Shown: positions 1 to 10,050, numbered from the stretch's first letter. The stretch: DNA of 64,000 nt from Bacteroidales bacterium (GCA_041673165.1 JBAYYI010000003.1:2090-66089), one strand, 5' to 3'. The notes: generated by a model not told the origin, from the letters alone. Program-made: numbers and translations.

Positions 1-258
1 AATAACTAATCCAATCTTGGTTGTTCTCGGATCTTTTCCGTCTTTGCCAACAGATAATAAACCCTTCTTATCAGCATCAATTGCCATTGAGCGAAACTTA
101 TAAACCTTGAAGTCTTTATTGTTTTTCCCCACCCTTGTTTGTTTGTAAAATATTCCTCCTCTACTTCCTAAGCCTATTAATAAAGCTATAATTATAAACA
201 AAGGACTAAGAATGATTAGCCCAAACAAGGATGCGAGAAAATCAAATAACCTTTTCAT
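1..258 (-). CDS. Bacterial sugar transferase (polyprenyl-phosphate hexose-1-phosphate transferase family), N-terminal fragment; C-terminus lies outside the window
   Basis: Truncated, so absent from the ORF track. Reverse complement from the ATG at 258-256 reads MKRLFDFLASLFGLIILSPLFIIIALLIGLGSRGGIFYKQTRVGKNNKDFKVYKFRSMAIDADKKG. This is one TM helix followed by the KFRSM-type motif of WbaP/PglC-like transferases. The start lies 1 nt from the stop of the DegT gene. Confidence 0.75.
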   Translation of the reverse strand, partial: MKRLFDFLASLFGLIILSPLFIIIALLIGLGSRGGIFYKQTRVGKNNKDFKVYKFRSMAIDADKKGLLSVGKDGKDPRTTKIGLVI

Positions 259-259
259 C

Positions 260-1471
260 TTAAAGAGTTATTGCATAATATCCCTCTACAAGGTTTTTAA
301 CCACATAATCTATTTCTTGGTTTGTTAGTTGAGGATAGATAGGAAGGGATATTTCTCTCTTATATGTCTCATAAGCAATAGGGTGGTCTTCTATCTTATA
401 GCCCATGTTCTTGAAAAGAGTTAGCATCGGCATTGGTATATAGTGAACATTGGTTGCTATATTCCTGTCTGCCATATATTGAATTAGTTTATCTCTTTGT
501 TCTTCGGTTATTGGGTTAATCCTTAAAGCATAAAGGTGGTAAGATGTTGTTAGAGAACTTGTGTCTTGCTGAGGAAGTATTGCCCAGTGATTATCCTTCA
601 AAAGCTCTGAATATCTCTCATAAACTCTCTTTCTCTCATTAAGCAAGTAATCGTATTTCCTAAGTTGAGCTAATGCTATTGCTGCATTCACATCGGGCAT
701 ATTAATCTTCATACCATGAGCAATGATATCATAACGCCATGCTCCTGCCTTGGTTTTGGTGAAAGCGTCTTTTGTTTGACCATTAAGAGATAATATTCTT
801 AAATCTTTATATGTTTCATCATTATCAAAAGGCTGAGGAAGATTCAAGCAAATAGCTCCTCCCTCTGCTGAGGTTAGGTTTTTAACGGCATGAAGTGAAA
901 GAACACTCACATCAACCATTTGAGCTATTGTTTTATTTTGAAATGTTGCCCCAAGAGAATGAGCAGAGTCGGAAAGAACCATTATCCTGCCGAATTTCTT
1001 TTGGTTATCAGATTCTGCAACGAAAAGTTCTACGATTTCTTTTGAACATATTAGTTCCATAATCTTTTCGTAATCGCAAGGAACACCTCCTAAATCTACT
1101 GGGATTATTGCTTTTGTTCTTGGAGTTATGGCTTGCCTTATTTTCTCAACATCTATTGTAAGGTTTCTTGTTATATCAACCATAATAGGTCTTGCATTAG
1201 CATCCATAACTGCCATTGCAGTTGCACAATAGGTGTAGGAAGGAACAATAACCTCATCCCCAGCTTTAAGTCCTAACCATCGCAACATTAGAATTGTGCC
1301 ACTTGTCCAAGAATTAACACAATTCACTCTCTTAGCCTTACAATATTCTTGTAGGCCTTGTTCTAAGGCTGCAACTTTTGGACCTGTTGTTATCCAGCCT
1401 GAATTAAGACTATCGTTAACCTCATTTATTACATCTTGGTCAATAAATGGAGGGGCAAAAGGAATATTCAT
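260..1471 (-). CDS. DegT/DnrJ/EryC1/StrS family PLP-dependent sugar aminotransferase
   Basis: 403-aa ORF. It has the N-terminal SGWITTGPKV motif and SLHAVKNLTSAEGG with a candidate PLP lysine. It lies directly upstream of a sugar transferase on the same strand. Confidence 0.9.
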   Translation of the reverse strand: MNIPFAPPFIDQDVINEVNDSLNSGWITTGPKVAALEQGLQEYCKAKRVNCVNSWTSGTILMLRWLGLKAGDEVIVPSYTYCATAMAVMDANARPIMVDITRNLTIDVEKIRQAITPRTKAIIPVDLGGVPCDYEKIMELICSKEIVELFVAESDNQKKFGRIMVLSDSAHSLGATFQNKTIAQMVDVSVLSLHAVKNLTSAEGGAICLNLPQPFDNDETYKDLRILSLNGQTKDAFTKTKAGAWRYDIIAHGMKINMPDVNAAIALAQLRKYDYLLNERKRVYERYSELLKDNHWAILPQQDTSSLTTSYHLYALRINPITEEQRDKLIQYMADRNIATNVHYIPMPMLTLFKNMGYKIEDHPIAYETYKREISLPIYPQLTNQEIDYVVKNLVEGYYAITL

Positions 1472-1475
1472 CAGC

Positions 1476-2039
1476 TTAAATTGACATTATTTCTTTTTCC
1501 TTGATAACGTATAATTCCTCTGTGCTCTTGATTTCTTTTTCAGTAATTGCTTCGATTTCTTTTTCAACAACCTTTATTTCGTCTTCTGAAACTCCTTGAT
1601 CTTTTGATTTCTTTATCTTGTCAATTATTCCTCTTCTAACATTTCTGATACTTACTTTTGCATCTTCCACTTCTGCTTTTGCTCTCTTAGCAAGCTCTCT
1701 ACGTCTTTCTTCGGTAACAGGAGGAAGTGTGATTCTTAGCATATCTCCTTCAAATTTTGGAGTAAAACCAAGATTAGCTGCTAAAATAGCTTTATCAATT
1801 GGTGATAGCATAGCCTTTTCCCATGGTTGAATAACGATTTGTTTTGCATCAGGAGTAGAAACGTTTGCTACCTGAGATAGGTCAGTCATATTCCCGTAAT
1901 AATCTACTTTTATTCCTTCAAGCATAGAAGGAGATGCCTTGCCTGCTTTAATCTTATTCAAAGAGCCTTCAAGAAACTTTACTGCTCCTTGCATATTCGT
2001 TGTACACTCTTGGATTAAATTTTTTGATGAATCTGTCAT
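1476..2039 (-). CDS. frr: Ribosome recycling factor
   Basis: 187 aa. Full-length RRF pattern: GIKVDYYG, LSQVANVSTPD, LRITLPPVTEERRRELAKRAK, IRNVRR. Confidence 0.95.
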   Translation of the reverse strand: MTDSSKNLIQECTTNMQGAVKFLEGSLNKIKAGKASPSMLEGIKVDYYGNMTDLSQVANVSTPDAKQIVIQPWEKAMLSPIDKAILAANLGFTPKFEGDMLRITLPPVTEERRRELAKRAKAEVEDAKVSIRNVRRGIIDKIKKSKDQGVSEDEIKVVEKEIEAITEKEIKSTEELYVIKEKEIMSI

Positions 2040-2055
2040 AATATATTGGTTTTTA

Positions 2056-2487
2056 TTAAATTCTTGTTGCAGTTCTTTCGTAAGCCTTCGTTTCTCCTGA
2101 ATCGGTGGTGATAGTAAACTTAAACTTAATTGTATCTTTACTTACTAAAACTCCAGTTCCTTTCATCTTATATCCCGCTACTTGTTCTTCGAAAGAAGCT
2201 GTTGTGGTAACTACTGCTGCTTTTATTGAAAGACTTGGCTGTAGTCCAAATAAATCACCACTTATTAGTATCTGCCTACTGTCATTAGGATCAATCTTAA
2301 TTGTTCCAGTAATTGATTTTATAAGACTTTCGCTATTTTTAGTTTGAGGGAAAACAACCTCTTCACTAAGTTTCCACCTACCATTCCAATCTTCTGATGC
2401 TAGTGTTTTATCATCTTGACAAGACACAAAGCTCAGTGATATAAAAGCAAATAATACACCCAATAGGGCAGTAATTTTATTTTTCAT
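2056..2487 (-). CDS. Small lipoprotein, lipocalin-like beta-rich hypothetical protein
   Basis: 143 aa. Signal peptide ends in the lipobox-like SFVSC. The mature part is rich in alternating beta-strand patterns. No catalytic motif recognised. Confidence 0.5.
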   Translation of the reverse strand: MKNKITALLGVLFAFISLSFVSCQDDKTLASEDWNGRWKLSEEVVFPQTKNSESLIKSITGTIKIDPNDSRQILISGDLFGLQPSLSIKAAVVTTTASFEEQVAGYKMKGTGVLVSKDTIKFKFTITTDSGETKAYERTATRI

Positions 2488-2516
2488 TTCTTTAGTTCTA
2501 ATTATGTTTTAATGTG

Positions 2517-2524
2517 CAAATATA
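2517..2524 (-). promoter_or_regulatory. Bacteroidota -7 promoter box TATATTTG (lipoprotein gene)
   Basis: Plus-strand CAAATATA, 30 nt upstream of the start at 2487. Matches the TAnnTTTG consensus of Bacteroidota sigma-A promoters. Confidence 0.5.
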
Positions 2525-2588
2525 AGAATATAACCCTAATTCATATACAAAAAGTGTCGAAATAATTCGATGATATGTAATATTTGAG

Positions 2589-2596
2589 TAATTTTG
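2589..2596 (+). promoter_or_regulatory. -7 box TAATTTTG (pssA-purS-queA-pyrH unit)
   Basis: TAnnTTTG match 22 nt upstream of the ATG at 2619. Confidence 0.5.
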
Positions 2597-2618
2597 AAGC
2601 TTGAAATAAGAAAGAAAA

Positions 2619-3374
2619 ATGATAAAAAAACAAATTCCTAATACAATTACTCTTCTAAATTTGCTATGTGGGATACTCGCTATTTACACTCTCTACACAA
2701 CCGAAAGCCTAATCATACCTTCTGTTTTGGTTATTGTTGGAGCTGTGTTTGATTTTATGGACGGCTTAGCTGCAAGAGCCTTAAAAGCATATTCTAATCT
2801 CGGAAAGGAGTTAGATTCTTTGGCAGATCTCGTTACCTTTGGCGTTGCCCCAAGTTTAATTACGGTTGATTTACTTAAAGAGTTTTCACTATCAGACCCA
2901 TTCCTATTAAAATTTCCTTTCCTTGTTTTCATCCCAATTCTTATGGCTCTAATGTCAGCTTATAGATTAGCAAAATTTAATATAGACACTCGCCAAACAA
3001 TGGGTTTTATTGGAGTTCCTACTCCTGCAAATGCTCTTATATGGATTTCTCTTCCAATAATATATTATCTTGAAACTAATTCAATACATCTTTGGGGAAT
3101 AGGAAGCCAAGCATTTTACACAAATTTCACCGCAGTTTTATTAAACCCAATAGTTATTCTTCTTGGCTCAATTCTAATGTCTTTTTTGCTTGTTGCAGAG
3201 CTGCCTCTTTTTGCCCTAAAGTTTAAAAATTTCAGATGGAAAGACAATAAAGAGAAATTTATCTTCCTAATAATTGCATTATTCCTTATATTTGCATTTA
3301 ATTTATATTCAATTCCGCTGATAATAATAGTTTATATAATAGAATCATTAATCATTAACAAAATAAAGAAATGA
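2619..3374 (+). CDS. pssA: CDP-diacylglycerol--serine O-phosphatidyltransferase (CDP-alcohol phosphatidyltransferase family)
   Basis: 251 aa, polytopic. CDP-alcohol transferase motif DFMDGLAARALKAYSNLGKELDSLADLVTFG (D-x2-DG-x2-AR...G-x3-D-x3-D). Confidence 0.85.
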   Translation: MIKKQIPNTITLLNLLCGILAIYTLYTTESLIIPSVLVIVGAVFDFMDGLAARALKAYSNLGKELDSLADLVTFGVAPSLITVDLLKEFSLSDPFLLKFPFLVFIPILMALMSAYRLAKFNIDTRQTMGFIGVPTPANALIWISLPIIYYLETNSIHLWGIGSQAFYTNFTAVLLNPIVILLGSILMSFLLVAELPLFALKFKNFRWKDNKEKFIFLIIALFLIFAFNLYSIPLIIIVYIIESLIINKIKK

Positions 3375-3622
3375 AATTTATTGCTGAAATCGATGTAATG
3401 CCATTAAAGGCTTTATTAGACCCACAAGGAAAAGCTGTAACCTCTTCAATGGGGAATATCGGACTAGAACAAATATCTAATGTTAGAATTGGTAAACATA
3501 TAACTCTTGAGGTTGAAGCTTCCACAAAAGAAGAAGCAAGCTCTTTAGTTGACAGTGCTTGTAATCAATTACTTCATAATCCAGTAATGGAGCATTACGA
3601 ATTTAAACTTATTGAGGCATAA
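3371..3622 (+). CDS. purS: Phosphoribosylformylglycinamidine synthase subunit PurS
   Basis: 83 aa. PurS-like pattern: V.PK...LDPQGKAV...L...G...V..VR.GK...L. The start overlaps the pssA stop (ATGA). Confidence 0.8.
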   Translation: MKFIAEIDVMPLKALLDPQGKAVTSSMGNIGLEQISNVRIGKHITLEVEASTKEEASSLVDSACNQLLHNPVMEHYEFKLIEA

Positions 3623-4834
3623 ATGATAAGCAAGTCATTAGACATTGCTATTGCTGACTTTGATTATGCTTTGCCAGATTATAGAATTGCAAAGTTCCCT
3701 CTAAAGGAAAGAGATAAGGCTAAGCTTTTAGTTTTAAAAAATGAGGCAATTTCAGAGATACCATTCTTTGAGTTGCCTCAACTTTTAGATAAGGATACTC
3801 TATTAATATATAACGACACAAAAGTAGTTCATGCAAGGCTTTTCTTTAAGAAAGAGACAGGCTCTATGATTGAAGTTTTTTGTCTTGAACCAACTGACCC
3901 AAATGAAATCCAAATAGCTTTTGCACAAAAAGGATTAGGAAGATGGAAATGCTTTATTGGCAATAATAAGAAATGGAAAAGTGGCATACTAACCAAGACT
4001 ATTGAATTTGAAGGCAAGATAATTGAACTTTGTGCTGAAAGAGAAGTGCAGATTGATAATGCTTTTATAGTTAAGTTTACTTGGACTAAGGAATATTCTT
4101 TTGCTGAGGTTCTTGCTCTTATGGGAATTATTCCCCTGCCTCCTTATCTGAATAGAGAAGCAAGGAAAGAGGATAACGATGATTACCAAACAATTTATGC
4201 AATCGAGGAAGGCTCTGTTGCTGCACCTACTGCAGGATTACATTTCACTCAAAAAACATTCTTAGACCTTGAAGAAAAACAAATAAACTCAAGCTTTGTT
4301 ACTCTTCATGTTGGAGCTGGAACCTTTAAGCCTGTTAGCACCGACTCAATTTCTGAGCACGTAATGCACACCGAAAAAGTCACATTAACAAAGGAGGTCA
4401 TTAAGGATTTAATAAATCATATTGATAAGAAGATTGTTTGTGTGGGCACAACCTCAGTTAGAACAATAGAAAGTCTTTATTGGCATGGAGTTAAGCTAAT
4501 TGAAAACAAAGACACTGACTTAGAAATTGATATTCAACAATGGGAGCCTTACCAAAAAGAAACCCTAATTAGTCCTAAGCAAGCCCTTCAAGCAATAATC
4601 GAAAAAATGGGAGATGAAGACTTAATTTGTGGACAGACCCAAATCATTATTGCACCTTCTTATAAATATAGGATAGTAAAGGCAATGGTAACTAATTTTC
4701 ACCAACCTAAAAGCACATTATTATTATTAGTATCGGCAATGATAGGTGAGAAATGGAAAGAATGTTATAATTTTGCCTTAGAAAATGATTTTAGGTTTCT
4801 ATCATTTGGTGATGCATGTTATTTTGAGCCATAA
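3623..4834 (+). CDS. queA: S-adenosylmethionine:tRNA ribosyltransferase-isomerase
   Basis: 403 aa. QueA motifs: IAKFPLKERDKAKLLV, PLPPYL, YQTIYA, GSVAAPTAGLHFT, LHVGAGTFKPV, VGTTSVRTIES. Confidence 0.9.
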   Translation: MISKSLDIAIADFDYALPDYRIAKFPLKERDKAKLLVLKNEAISEIPFFELPQLLDKDTLLIYNDTKVVHARLFFKKETGSMIEVFCLEPTDPNEIQIAFAQKGLGRWKCFIGNNKKWKSGILTKTIEFEGKIIELCAEREVQIDNAFIVKFTWTKEYSFAEVLALMGIIPLPPYLNREARKEDNDDYQTIYAIEEGSVAAPTAGLHFTQKTFLDLEEKQINSSFVTLHVGAGTFKPVSTDSISEHVMHTEKVTLTKEVIKDLINHIDKKIVCVGTTSVRTIESLYWHGVKLIENKDTDLEIDIQQWEPYQKETLISPKQALQAIIEKMGDEDLICGQTQIIIAPSYKYRIVKAMVTNFHQPKSTLLLLVSAMIGEKWKECYNFALENDFRFLSFGDACYFEP

Positions 4835-4853
4835 ACAAGAAAAATAATAGATT

Positions 4854-5558
4854 ATGAAATACAAGAGAATATTATTAAAACTTAGTGGAGAGTCTCTTAT
4901 GGGAGAACAAGAATACGGAATATCTCCATTAATGCTATCTCAATATGCAAGAGAAATAAAGGAAGTTAAAGAAAAAGGCTGTGAAATTGCTATTGTGATT
5001 GGAGGAGGTAATATATTTAGAGGACTTCAAGGAGTAGCGCAAGGAACTGATAGAGTTCAAGGCGATTATATGGGAATGCTTGCAACAATTATCAACTCAA
5101 TGGCTTTGCAAGGGGAATTAGAAAAACAAGGCGTTAAAACAGAATTACTATCTGGTCTTGCAATTGAACCTATTTGTAAGGAACATTCTCGCCGCCGTTC
5201 AATTGAGGCTTTGGAAGAAGGTAAGGTAGTTATTATTGGAGGAGGAACAGGAAACCCTTATTTCACAACCGACACAGCTTCTTCTCTTAGAGCAATCGAA
5301 ATAAAGGCTGATGTTATCCTAAAAGGCACAAGGGTTGATGGAGTCTATACCGCAGACCCAGAGAAAGACCCAAAAGCAACGAAGTATTCTGAACTAAGCT
5401 TTCAAGAAGCCCTTACAAAACAATTGAAAATTATGGACATGACTGCTTTTGCCCTTTGTCAAGAAAACAATCTACCTATCTATGTTTTCGATATGAACAA
5501 GGAAGGCAATCTTCAAAAGGTGGTTATTGGCGAACATATCGGAACAATAATTAGATAG
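4854..5558 (+). CDS. pyrH: UMP kinase
   Basis: 234 aa. Motifs: YKRILLKLSGESL, VIGGGNIFRG, GNPYFTTDTA, KGTRVDGVYTADP. Confidence 0.95.
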   Translation: MKYKRILLKLSGESLMGEQEYGISPLMLSQYAREIKEVKEKGCEIAIVIGGGNIFRGLQGVAQGTDRVQGDYMGMLATIINSMALQGELEKQGVKTELLSGLAIEPICKEHSRRRSIEALEEGKVVIIGGGTGNPYFTTDTASSLRAIEIKADVILKGTRVDGVYTADPEKDPKATKYSELSFQEALTKQLKIMDMTAFALCQENNLPIYVFDMNKEGNLQKVVIGEHIGTIIR

Positions 5559-5594
5559 CAAATGGAAATACTTGTGTGTTAGAGTTTTTTTCCT

Positions 5595-5602
5595 TATTTT
5601 TG
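5595..5602 (+). promoter_or_regulatory. -7 box TATTTTTG (C69 dipeptidase)
   Basis: TAnnTTTG match 43 nt upstream of the ATG at 5646. Confidence 0.5.
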
Positions 5603-5645
5603 CGAACTTAAATACAAAAACATATTAATAATAAATAGAAATAAA

Positions 5646-7400
5646 ATGAACAAATTCAGAAAATTACTTTCAGTGATGCTTACTGTTGTTTTGGTAGGCT
5701 CATCTGTTTCGGCTTTTGCTTGCACGAGTTTCCTTGTAACAAAAGGTGCTTCAAAAGACGGTTCAACAATGATTACATATGCAGCAGACTCACACACCCT
5801 ATATGGTGAGCTATATTATAGAGCTGCAGCAACATATCCAGCAGGAACAATGCTACAAATTGTAGATTGGGATTCAGGTAAAAAACTGATAAAGATTCCT
5901 CAAATAGCTCAAACCTACACAACAGTTGGTAATTCAAATGAGTGGGGACTATCCATTACAGAGACAACTTATGGTGGAAGAGCAGAGCTTGAAGACTCAA
6001 CAGGAGGCATTGACTACGGTACATTAATTTACCTAACCCTACAAAGAGCTAAAAATGCTCGTGAGGCAATTAAACAAATGGCAGAATTAGTTGACACTTA
6101 TGGTTATTTCTCAGCAGGAGAATCTTTCTCAATAGCTGATGCAAATGAAGTTTGGATACTTGAAATGATTGGAAAAGGATATCCTGTACTTGACAATAAA
6201 GGAAAAACTCATAAGGATTGGAAACAAGGAGCAGTTTGGGTAGCAATGAGAATACCTGATGGATATATTTCAGGACACGCAAATCATGCTCGTATAACTC
6301 AATTCCCTCAAGAAGTTAAGAAAAGCTTTACTTCAATTTCTTCAAAGAACTTAAAAGAAATATTCCGTCCAGAGGTAGAAGTAATTTACTCTCATGATGT
6401 AGTAAGCTTTGCAAGATTAAAAGGATATTATGATGGAGCAGACAAAGATTTTTCATTTAGCGATACTTATGCACCAATAACATTTAGTGCTGCAAGAGGA
6501 TGCGAAGCAAGAGTTTATGCAGGTTTCCTACGTTGCGACAAATCAATTGTTAAGTATGAAGACTACGCAATGGGACATAACCTAAAAAACCGTATGCCAC
6601 TTTGGATTAAACCAGAAAACAAATTATCTGTTAGAGATGTTATGGAACTAATGAGAGATCATTACCAAGGCACACCAATGGATATGACAAATGATCTTGG
6701 AGCAGGTCCTCATGCTTGTCCTTATCGTTGGAGACCAATGGGATTTGAAGTTAATGGAGTTAGTTATGTTAATGAAAGAGCAATTTCAACCCAACAAACA
6801 GGCTTTGCTTTAGTTGCACAATCAAGAAGCTGGATGCCAGAAGGAGCAAAAGGAATTCTTTGGTTTGGAGTTGATGATACATATTCAACAGTTTTTGTTC
6901 CTATGTACACAAATATATCAAGAGCACCTGAAAACTTCCGTGAAGGAAATGGAGATATGGTAACATATTCTGAAACATCTGCTTTCTGGTTATTTAATCA
7001 AGTAACAAACTTTGCTTATCTAAGATATGATGATATGATTGTTGATGTTAGAAAAGTGCAAAAAGAATTAGAAGAAGGTTTTATTAAAGAAGTTGCAGAA
7101 TTTGACAATAAATTAAAATCAGTTTCACCAGACCAAATGAGAAGCGACATAACAAAATTCTCAATTACAAAATCAGACCAAACATTTAAAACTTGGAAGA
7201 AACTTAGCCAATACCTATTAGTAAAATATATTGATGGTAATGTTAAGAAGGAAAAAGATGGTAGATTTATGGAAAGCCCTTATCGTCAAGGACAAAATGT
7301 TTTCCCTGATCAAAAACCATATAGAGCAAAATGGTTAGAAATGATTGTAAAAGACCATGGAGAAATTCTAAAAGTTCCTGCAGGAGCAGAAACACACTAA
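5646..7400 (+). CDS. Peptidase family C69 dipeptidase, secreted
   Basis: 584 aa. The signal peptide ends at AFA. It is followed by CTSFLVTKGASKDGSTMITYAADSH, the N-terminal nucleophile Cys region of C69 dipeptidases. Confidence 0.85.
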   Translation: MNKFRKLLSVMLTVVLVGSSVSAFACTSFLVTKGASKDGSTMITYAADSHTLYGELYYRAAATYPAGTMLQIVDWDSGKKLIKIPQIAQTYTTVGNSNEWGLSITETTYGGRAELEDSTGGIDYGTLIYLTLQRAKNAREAIKQMAELVDTYGYFSAGESFSIADANEVWILEMIGKGYPVLDNKGKTHKDWKQGAVWVAMRIPDGYISGHANHARITQFPQEVKKSFTSISSKNLKEIFRPEVEVIYSHDVVSFARLKGYYDGADKDFSFSDTYAPITFSAARGCEARVYAGFLRCDKSIVKYEDYAMGHNLKNRMPLWIKPENKLSVRDVMELMRDHYQGTPMDMTNDLGAGPHACPYRWRPMGFEVNGVSYVNERAISTQQTGFALVAQSRSWMPEGAKGILWFGVDDTYSTVFVPMYTNISRAPENFREGNGDMVTYSETSAFWLFNQVTNFAYLRYDDMIVDVRKVQKELEEGFIKEVAEFDNKLKSVSPDQMRSDITKFSITKSDQTFKTWKKLSQYLLVKYIDGNVKKEKDGRFMESPYRQGQNVFPDQKPYRAKWLEMIVKDHGEILKVPAGAETH

Positions 7401-7426
7401 TCAATACTTAGTTTAACTAAGACTAA

Positions 7427-7465
7427 AGAGGCAATTGTTTATCAAATAACATTGCCTCTTTTTTT
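7427..7465 (+). terminator. Rho-independent terminator after the C69 dipeptidase gene
   Basis: AGAGGCAAT (7427-7435) pairs perfectly with ATTGCCTCT (7451-7459), followed by a T-run. Confidence 0.75.
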
Positions 7466-7517
7466 ATTAGAGAGCTTTTCACGACTTTGCAACTTAGTTT
7501 AGATAGAATAAATTATA

Positions 7518-7525
7518 TATCTTTG
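7518..7525 (+). promoter_or_regulatory. -7 box TATCTTTG (TonB-dependent receptor, about 105-nt leader)
   Basis: TATATCTTTGCAAG matches the extended consensus seen at several other starts in this window. Confidence 0.45.
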
Positions 7526-7637
7526 CAAGTTAAATAAACACGTTTAGGGATTGAATTTATTATTGTTATTTCAAAGAAAAGGAATAATATTAAGCTAAAA
7601 AGTTCTAATCATAAATTACATATAAAAACAAGAAATA

Positions 7638-9947
7638 ATGAGAAAGATACTCTTTATCATAGCCTTACTAATGAGCTTTTACTCTTATGCTGCACCAATT
7701 GCCGATAAGGATGACCACGCCAGTATAGAAGGACACGTCTTTGATGCAAGAACAGAAGAGCCAATAGCCTACGCTTCTGTTGGCATAAAAGGAACCTCAA
7801 TTGGTACCGTTACCGATATGGAAGGGGATTTCGTTATAAGAAAGCTTAAACCTGGCAAATACACCTTAGTTATAACTTATGTAGGGTATGAGAAATATGA
7901 AAAAGATATAGTAGTGATTGCTGGCAAAGCAACTCACGCCCACATCGAACTAAAAGAATCTAGGGTTATGATGGATGAGGTTGTTATCTCGGCAAGCAGG
8001 GTAGAAACCAGTAGGAAGGAAGCACCAGTTATAGTAAATGTTATGTCTGAGAAGACCTTCCAACAAACAAATGCACAAGACCTTTCCCAAGCCCTACCTT
8101 TCCAATCAGGAGTAAGAGTTGAATATAGCTGTCAAAACTGCGGTTTCTCCCAGGTAAGAATTAATGGTATGGATGGTCCTTATTCTCAAATCCTTATTGA
8201 CTCCAAACCAATAATGTCTGCCCTTGGTAGTGTTTATGGCCTTGAACAAATGCCTGTTAATATGGTTGAAAGAATTGAAGTAATTAAAGGAGCAGGTTCA
8301 GCACTCTATGGCTCAAATGCAATTGCAGGAACAATAAACATAATAACCAAAGAACCCCTCACCCCTTCCTATTCAATAGGCACAGACCTTCAAGCAGTAG
8401 GAATGAAGTCTTATGCACAAAACTTTAATGCAAACGCAGTTGTTATTGGTAAAAACAATAAATCAGGAGCCTCATTCTACCAAACATTTAGAAAGAAAAC
8501 CCCTTATGATCATGACAATGATGGGTTTTCTGAAATAGGTAAATTAGATGCTTTCTCATTTGGAACAAGATCTTTCTATAAACTATCCAATACCCAAAAG
8601 ATAACCTTGGAATACCACACAATGCAAGAAACACGTCGTGGAGGAGATGCCTTTGAACAACCACCACACCTATCAGGCATAACAGAGATGACAGACCATA
8701 AAATCCATTCAGGAGGACTAAACTACGACTATATTAGTCTTGATGGAGACAGCAAATACTCAATCTATAGTTCAGCACAATATATTGACAGAGAATCATA
8801 TTTTGGATCACATAAAGACCCAAGAGCATACGGAAGAAGCAATGATGTCACTTTTCTATTAGGAACACAAGGTTATAATAAAATAGAGAAACTACTATTC
8901 CTTCCAGCAAGTTTAGTTTATGGAGTAGAATATAGTGGGAATAAGTTAGAGGACAGTGTAGTTTGTTATAAGACAGGAACAAAACAATCAACCAATGTTA
9001 TTGGAGCATTTGCACAAGCAGAATGGACAGCCAAATACTTTAGATTTGTTGTAGGAGCACGTCTTGACAAACACAACCTAATTAAATCACCAATATTCTC
9101 ACCAAGGCTAAACATAATGTACACTCCAAGCGAAGACCTACAAGTTAGAGCATCTTATGGTTCAGGCTACAGAGCACCACAATCCTATGACGAAGACCTT
9201 CACGCAACACAACTTGGAGGACAAACAGTTAGAACCACACTTGACCCAAACCTAAGACCAGAATATTCACACAGCTTTAGCCTATCCTCCGACTACTATG
9301 TACAGCTAAGCGATGACTACCAAGCAAACTTCTTATTAGAAGGCTTCTACACCAGCCTAACAGATATCTTTGCCCTAAAGGTAGTTGACTCAGACCCAGG
9401 CTCAGATTCCAACACCCTAACCCAACTCCGCTATAACGCATCAGGAGCCAAAATAGGAGGAGTAAGCATAACAGCAAAACTTTCATACCAAGCCAAATAC
9501 ACCCTAACACTTGGCTATACCTACCAACAAAGCAAGTATAACGATAAAGAGAAATGGTCAGAAGAAACATCAGTAGTGGCAACAAGGACTATGCTTAGAA
9601 CCCCAGACAACTACGCCTATGCAACCCTAAGCCTAACACCAATAAAGCCAATGAACATATCCCTATCAGGAACCTATACCGGTCAAATGATAGTCCCACA
9701 TTACGCTGGCTACATACCAACAGACAAATTAGAAACAACACCCCATTTCTTTGACCTAAATCTTGTAGCATCCTATGACTTCAAACTAAAAGAAGACCTA
9801 ATGTTCCAAATTGGCGGAGGCATAAAAAACATATTCAACTCATACCAAAGAGACTTCGACCAAACCATAGACAGAGATGCAAGTTATATCTACGGCCCAA
9901 TGCTCCCTCGCACAATCTACATATCCTTAAAACTATATAGCAAATAA
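7638..9947 (+). CDS. TonB-dependent outer-membrane receptor with N-terminal carboxypeptidase-regulatory-like domain
   Basis: 769 aa. Signal peptide, then a CarbopepD_reg-like segment (GHVFDARTEEPIAYASVGIKGTSIGTVTDMEGDF), a plug (RIEVIKGAGSALYGSNAIAGTINIITK) and a beta-barrel with a C-terminal aromatic-rich strand. Confidence 0.85.
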   Translation: MRKILFIIALLMSFYSYAAPIADKDDHASIEGHVFDARTEEPIAYASVGIKGTSIGTVTDMEGDFVIRKLKPGKYTLVITYVGYEKYEKDIVVIAGKATHAHIELKESRVMMDEVVISASRVETSRKEAPVIVNVMSEKTFQQTNAQDLSQALPFQSGVRVEYSCQNCGFSQVRINGMDGPYSQILIDSKPIMSALGSVYGLEQMPVNMVERIEVIKGAGSALYGSNAIAGTINIITKEPLTPSYSIGTDLQAVGMKSYAQNFNANAVVIGKNNKSGASFYQTFRKKTPYDHDNDGFSEIGKLDAFSFGTRSFYKLSNTQKITLEYHTMQETRRGGDAFEQPPHLSGITEMTDHKIHSGGLNYDYISLDGDSKYSIYSSAQYIDRESYFGSHKDPRAYGRSNDVTFLLGTQGYNKIEKLLFLPASLVYGVEYSGNKLEDSVVCYKTGTKQSTNVIGAFAQAEWTAKYFRFVVGARLDKHNLIKSPIFSPRLNIMYTPSEDLQVRASYGSGYRAPQSYDEDLHATQLGGQTVRTTLDPNLRPEYSHSFSLSSDYYVQLSDDYQANFLLEGFYTSLTDIFALKVVDSDPGSDSNTLTQLRYNASGAKIGGVSITAKLSYQAKYTLTLGYTYQQSKYNDKEKWSEETSVVATRTMLRTPDNYAYATLSLTPIKPMNISLSGTYTGQMIVPHYAGYIPTDKLETTPHFFDLNLVASYDFKLKEDLMFQIGGGIKNIFNSYQRDFDQTIDRDASYIYGPMLPRTIYISLKLYSK

Positions 9948-9986
9948 AAAGAGAGGATAATCCTATAATTATAAGAACAAGACTGT

Positions 9987-10019
9987 AGAGACGCGATTTA
10001 TCGCGTCTCTTTCTATTTT
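9987..10019 (+). terminator. Rho-independent terminator after the TonB-dependent receptor gene
   Basis: AGAGACGCGA (9987-9996), loop TTTA, then TCGCGTCTCT (10001-10010). This is a perfect 10-bp GC-rich stem followed by TTCTATTTT. Confidence 0.8.
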
Positions 10020-10050
10020 CAAAAAATCAAAATGCATATCCACCAAATTA

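Noticed and set aside
7401-7637. Possible riboswitch (cobalamin, thiamin or similar) in the leader of about 105 nt upstream of the TonB-dependent receptor
   Set aside because: I could not find conserved riboswitch cores (for example a B12 box) or convincing nested helices. The leader is AT-rich and contains only one isolated TCAAAGA word.
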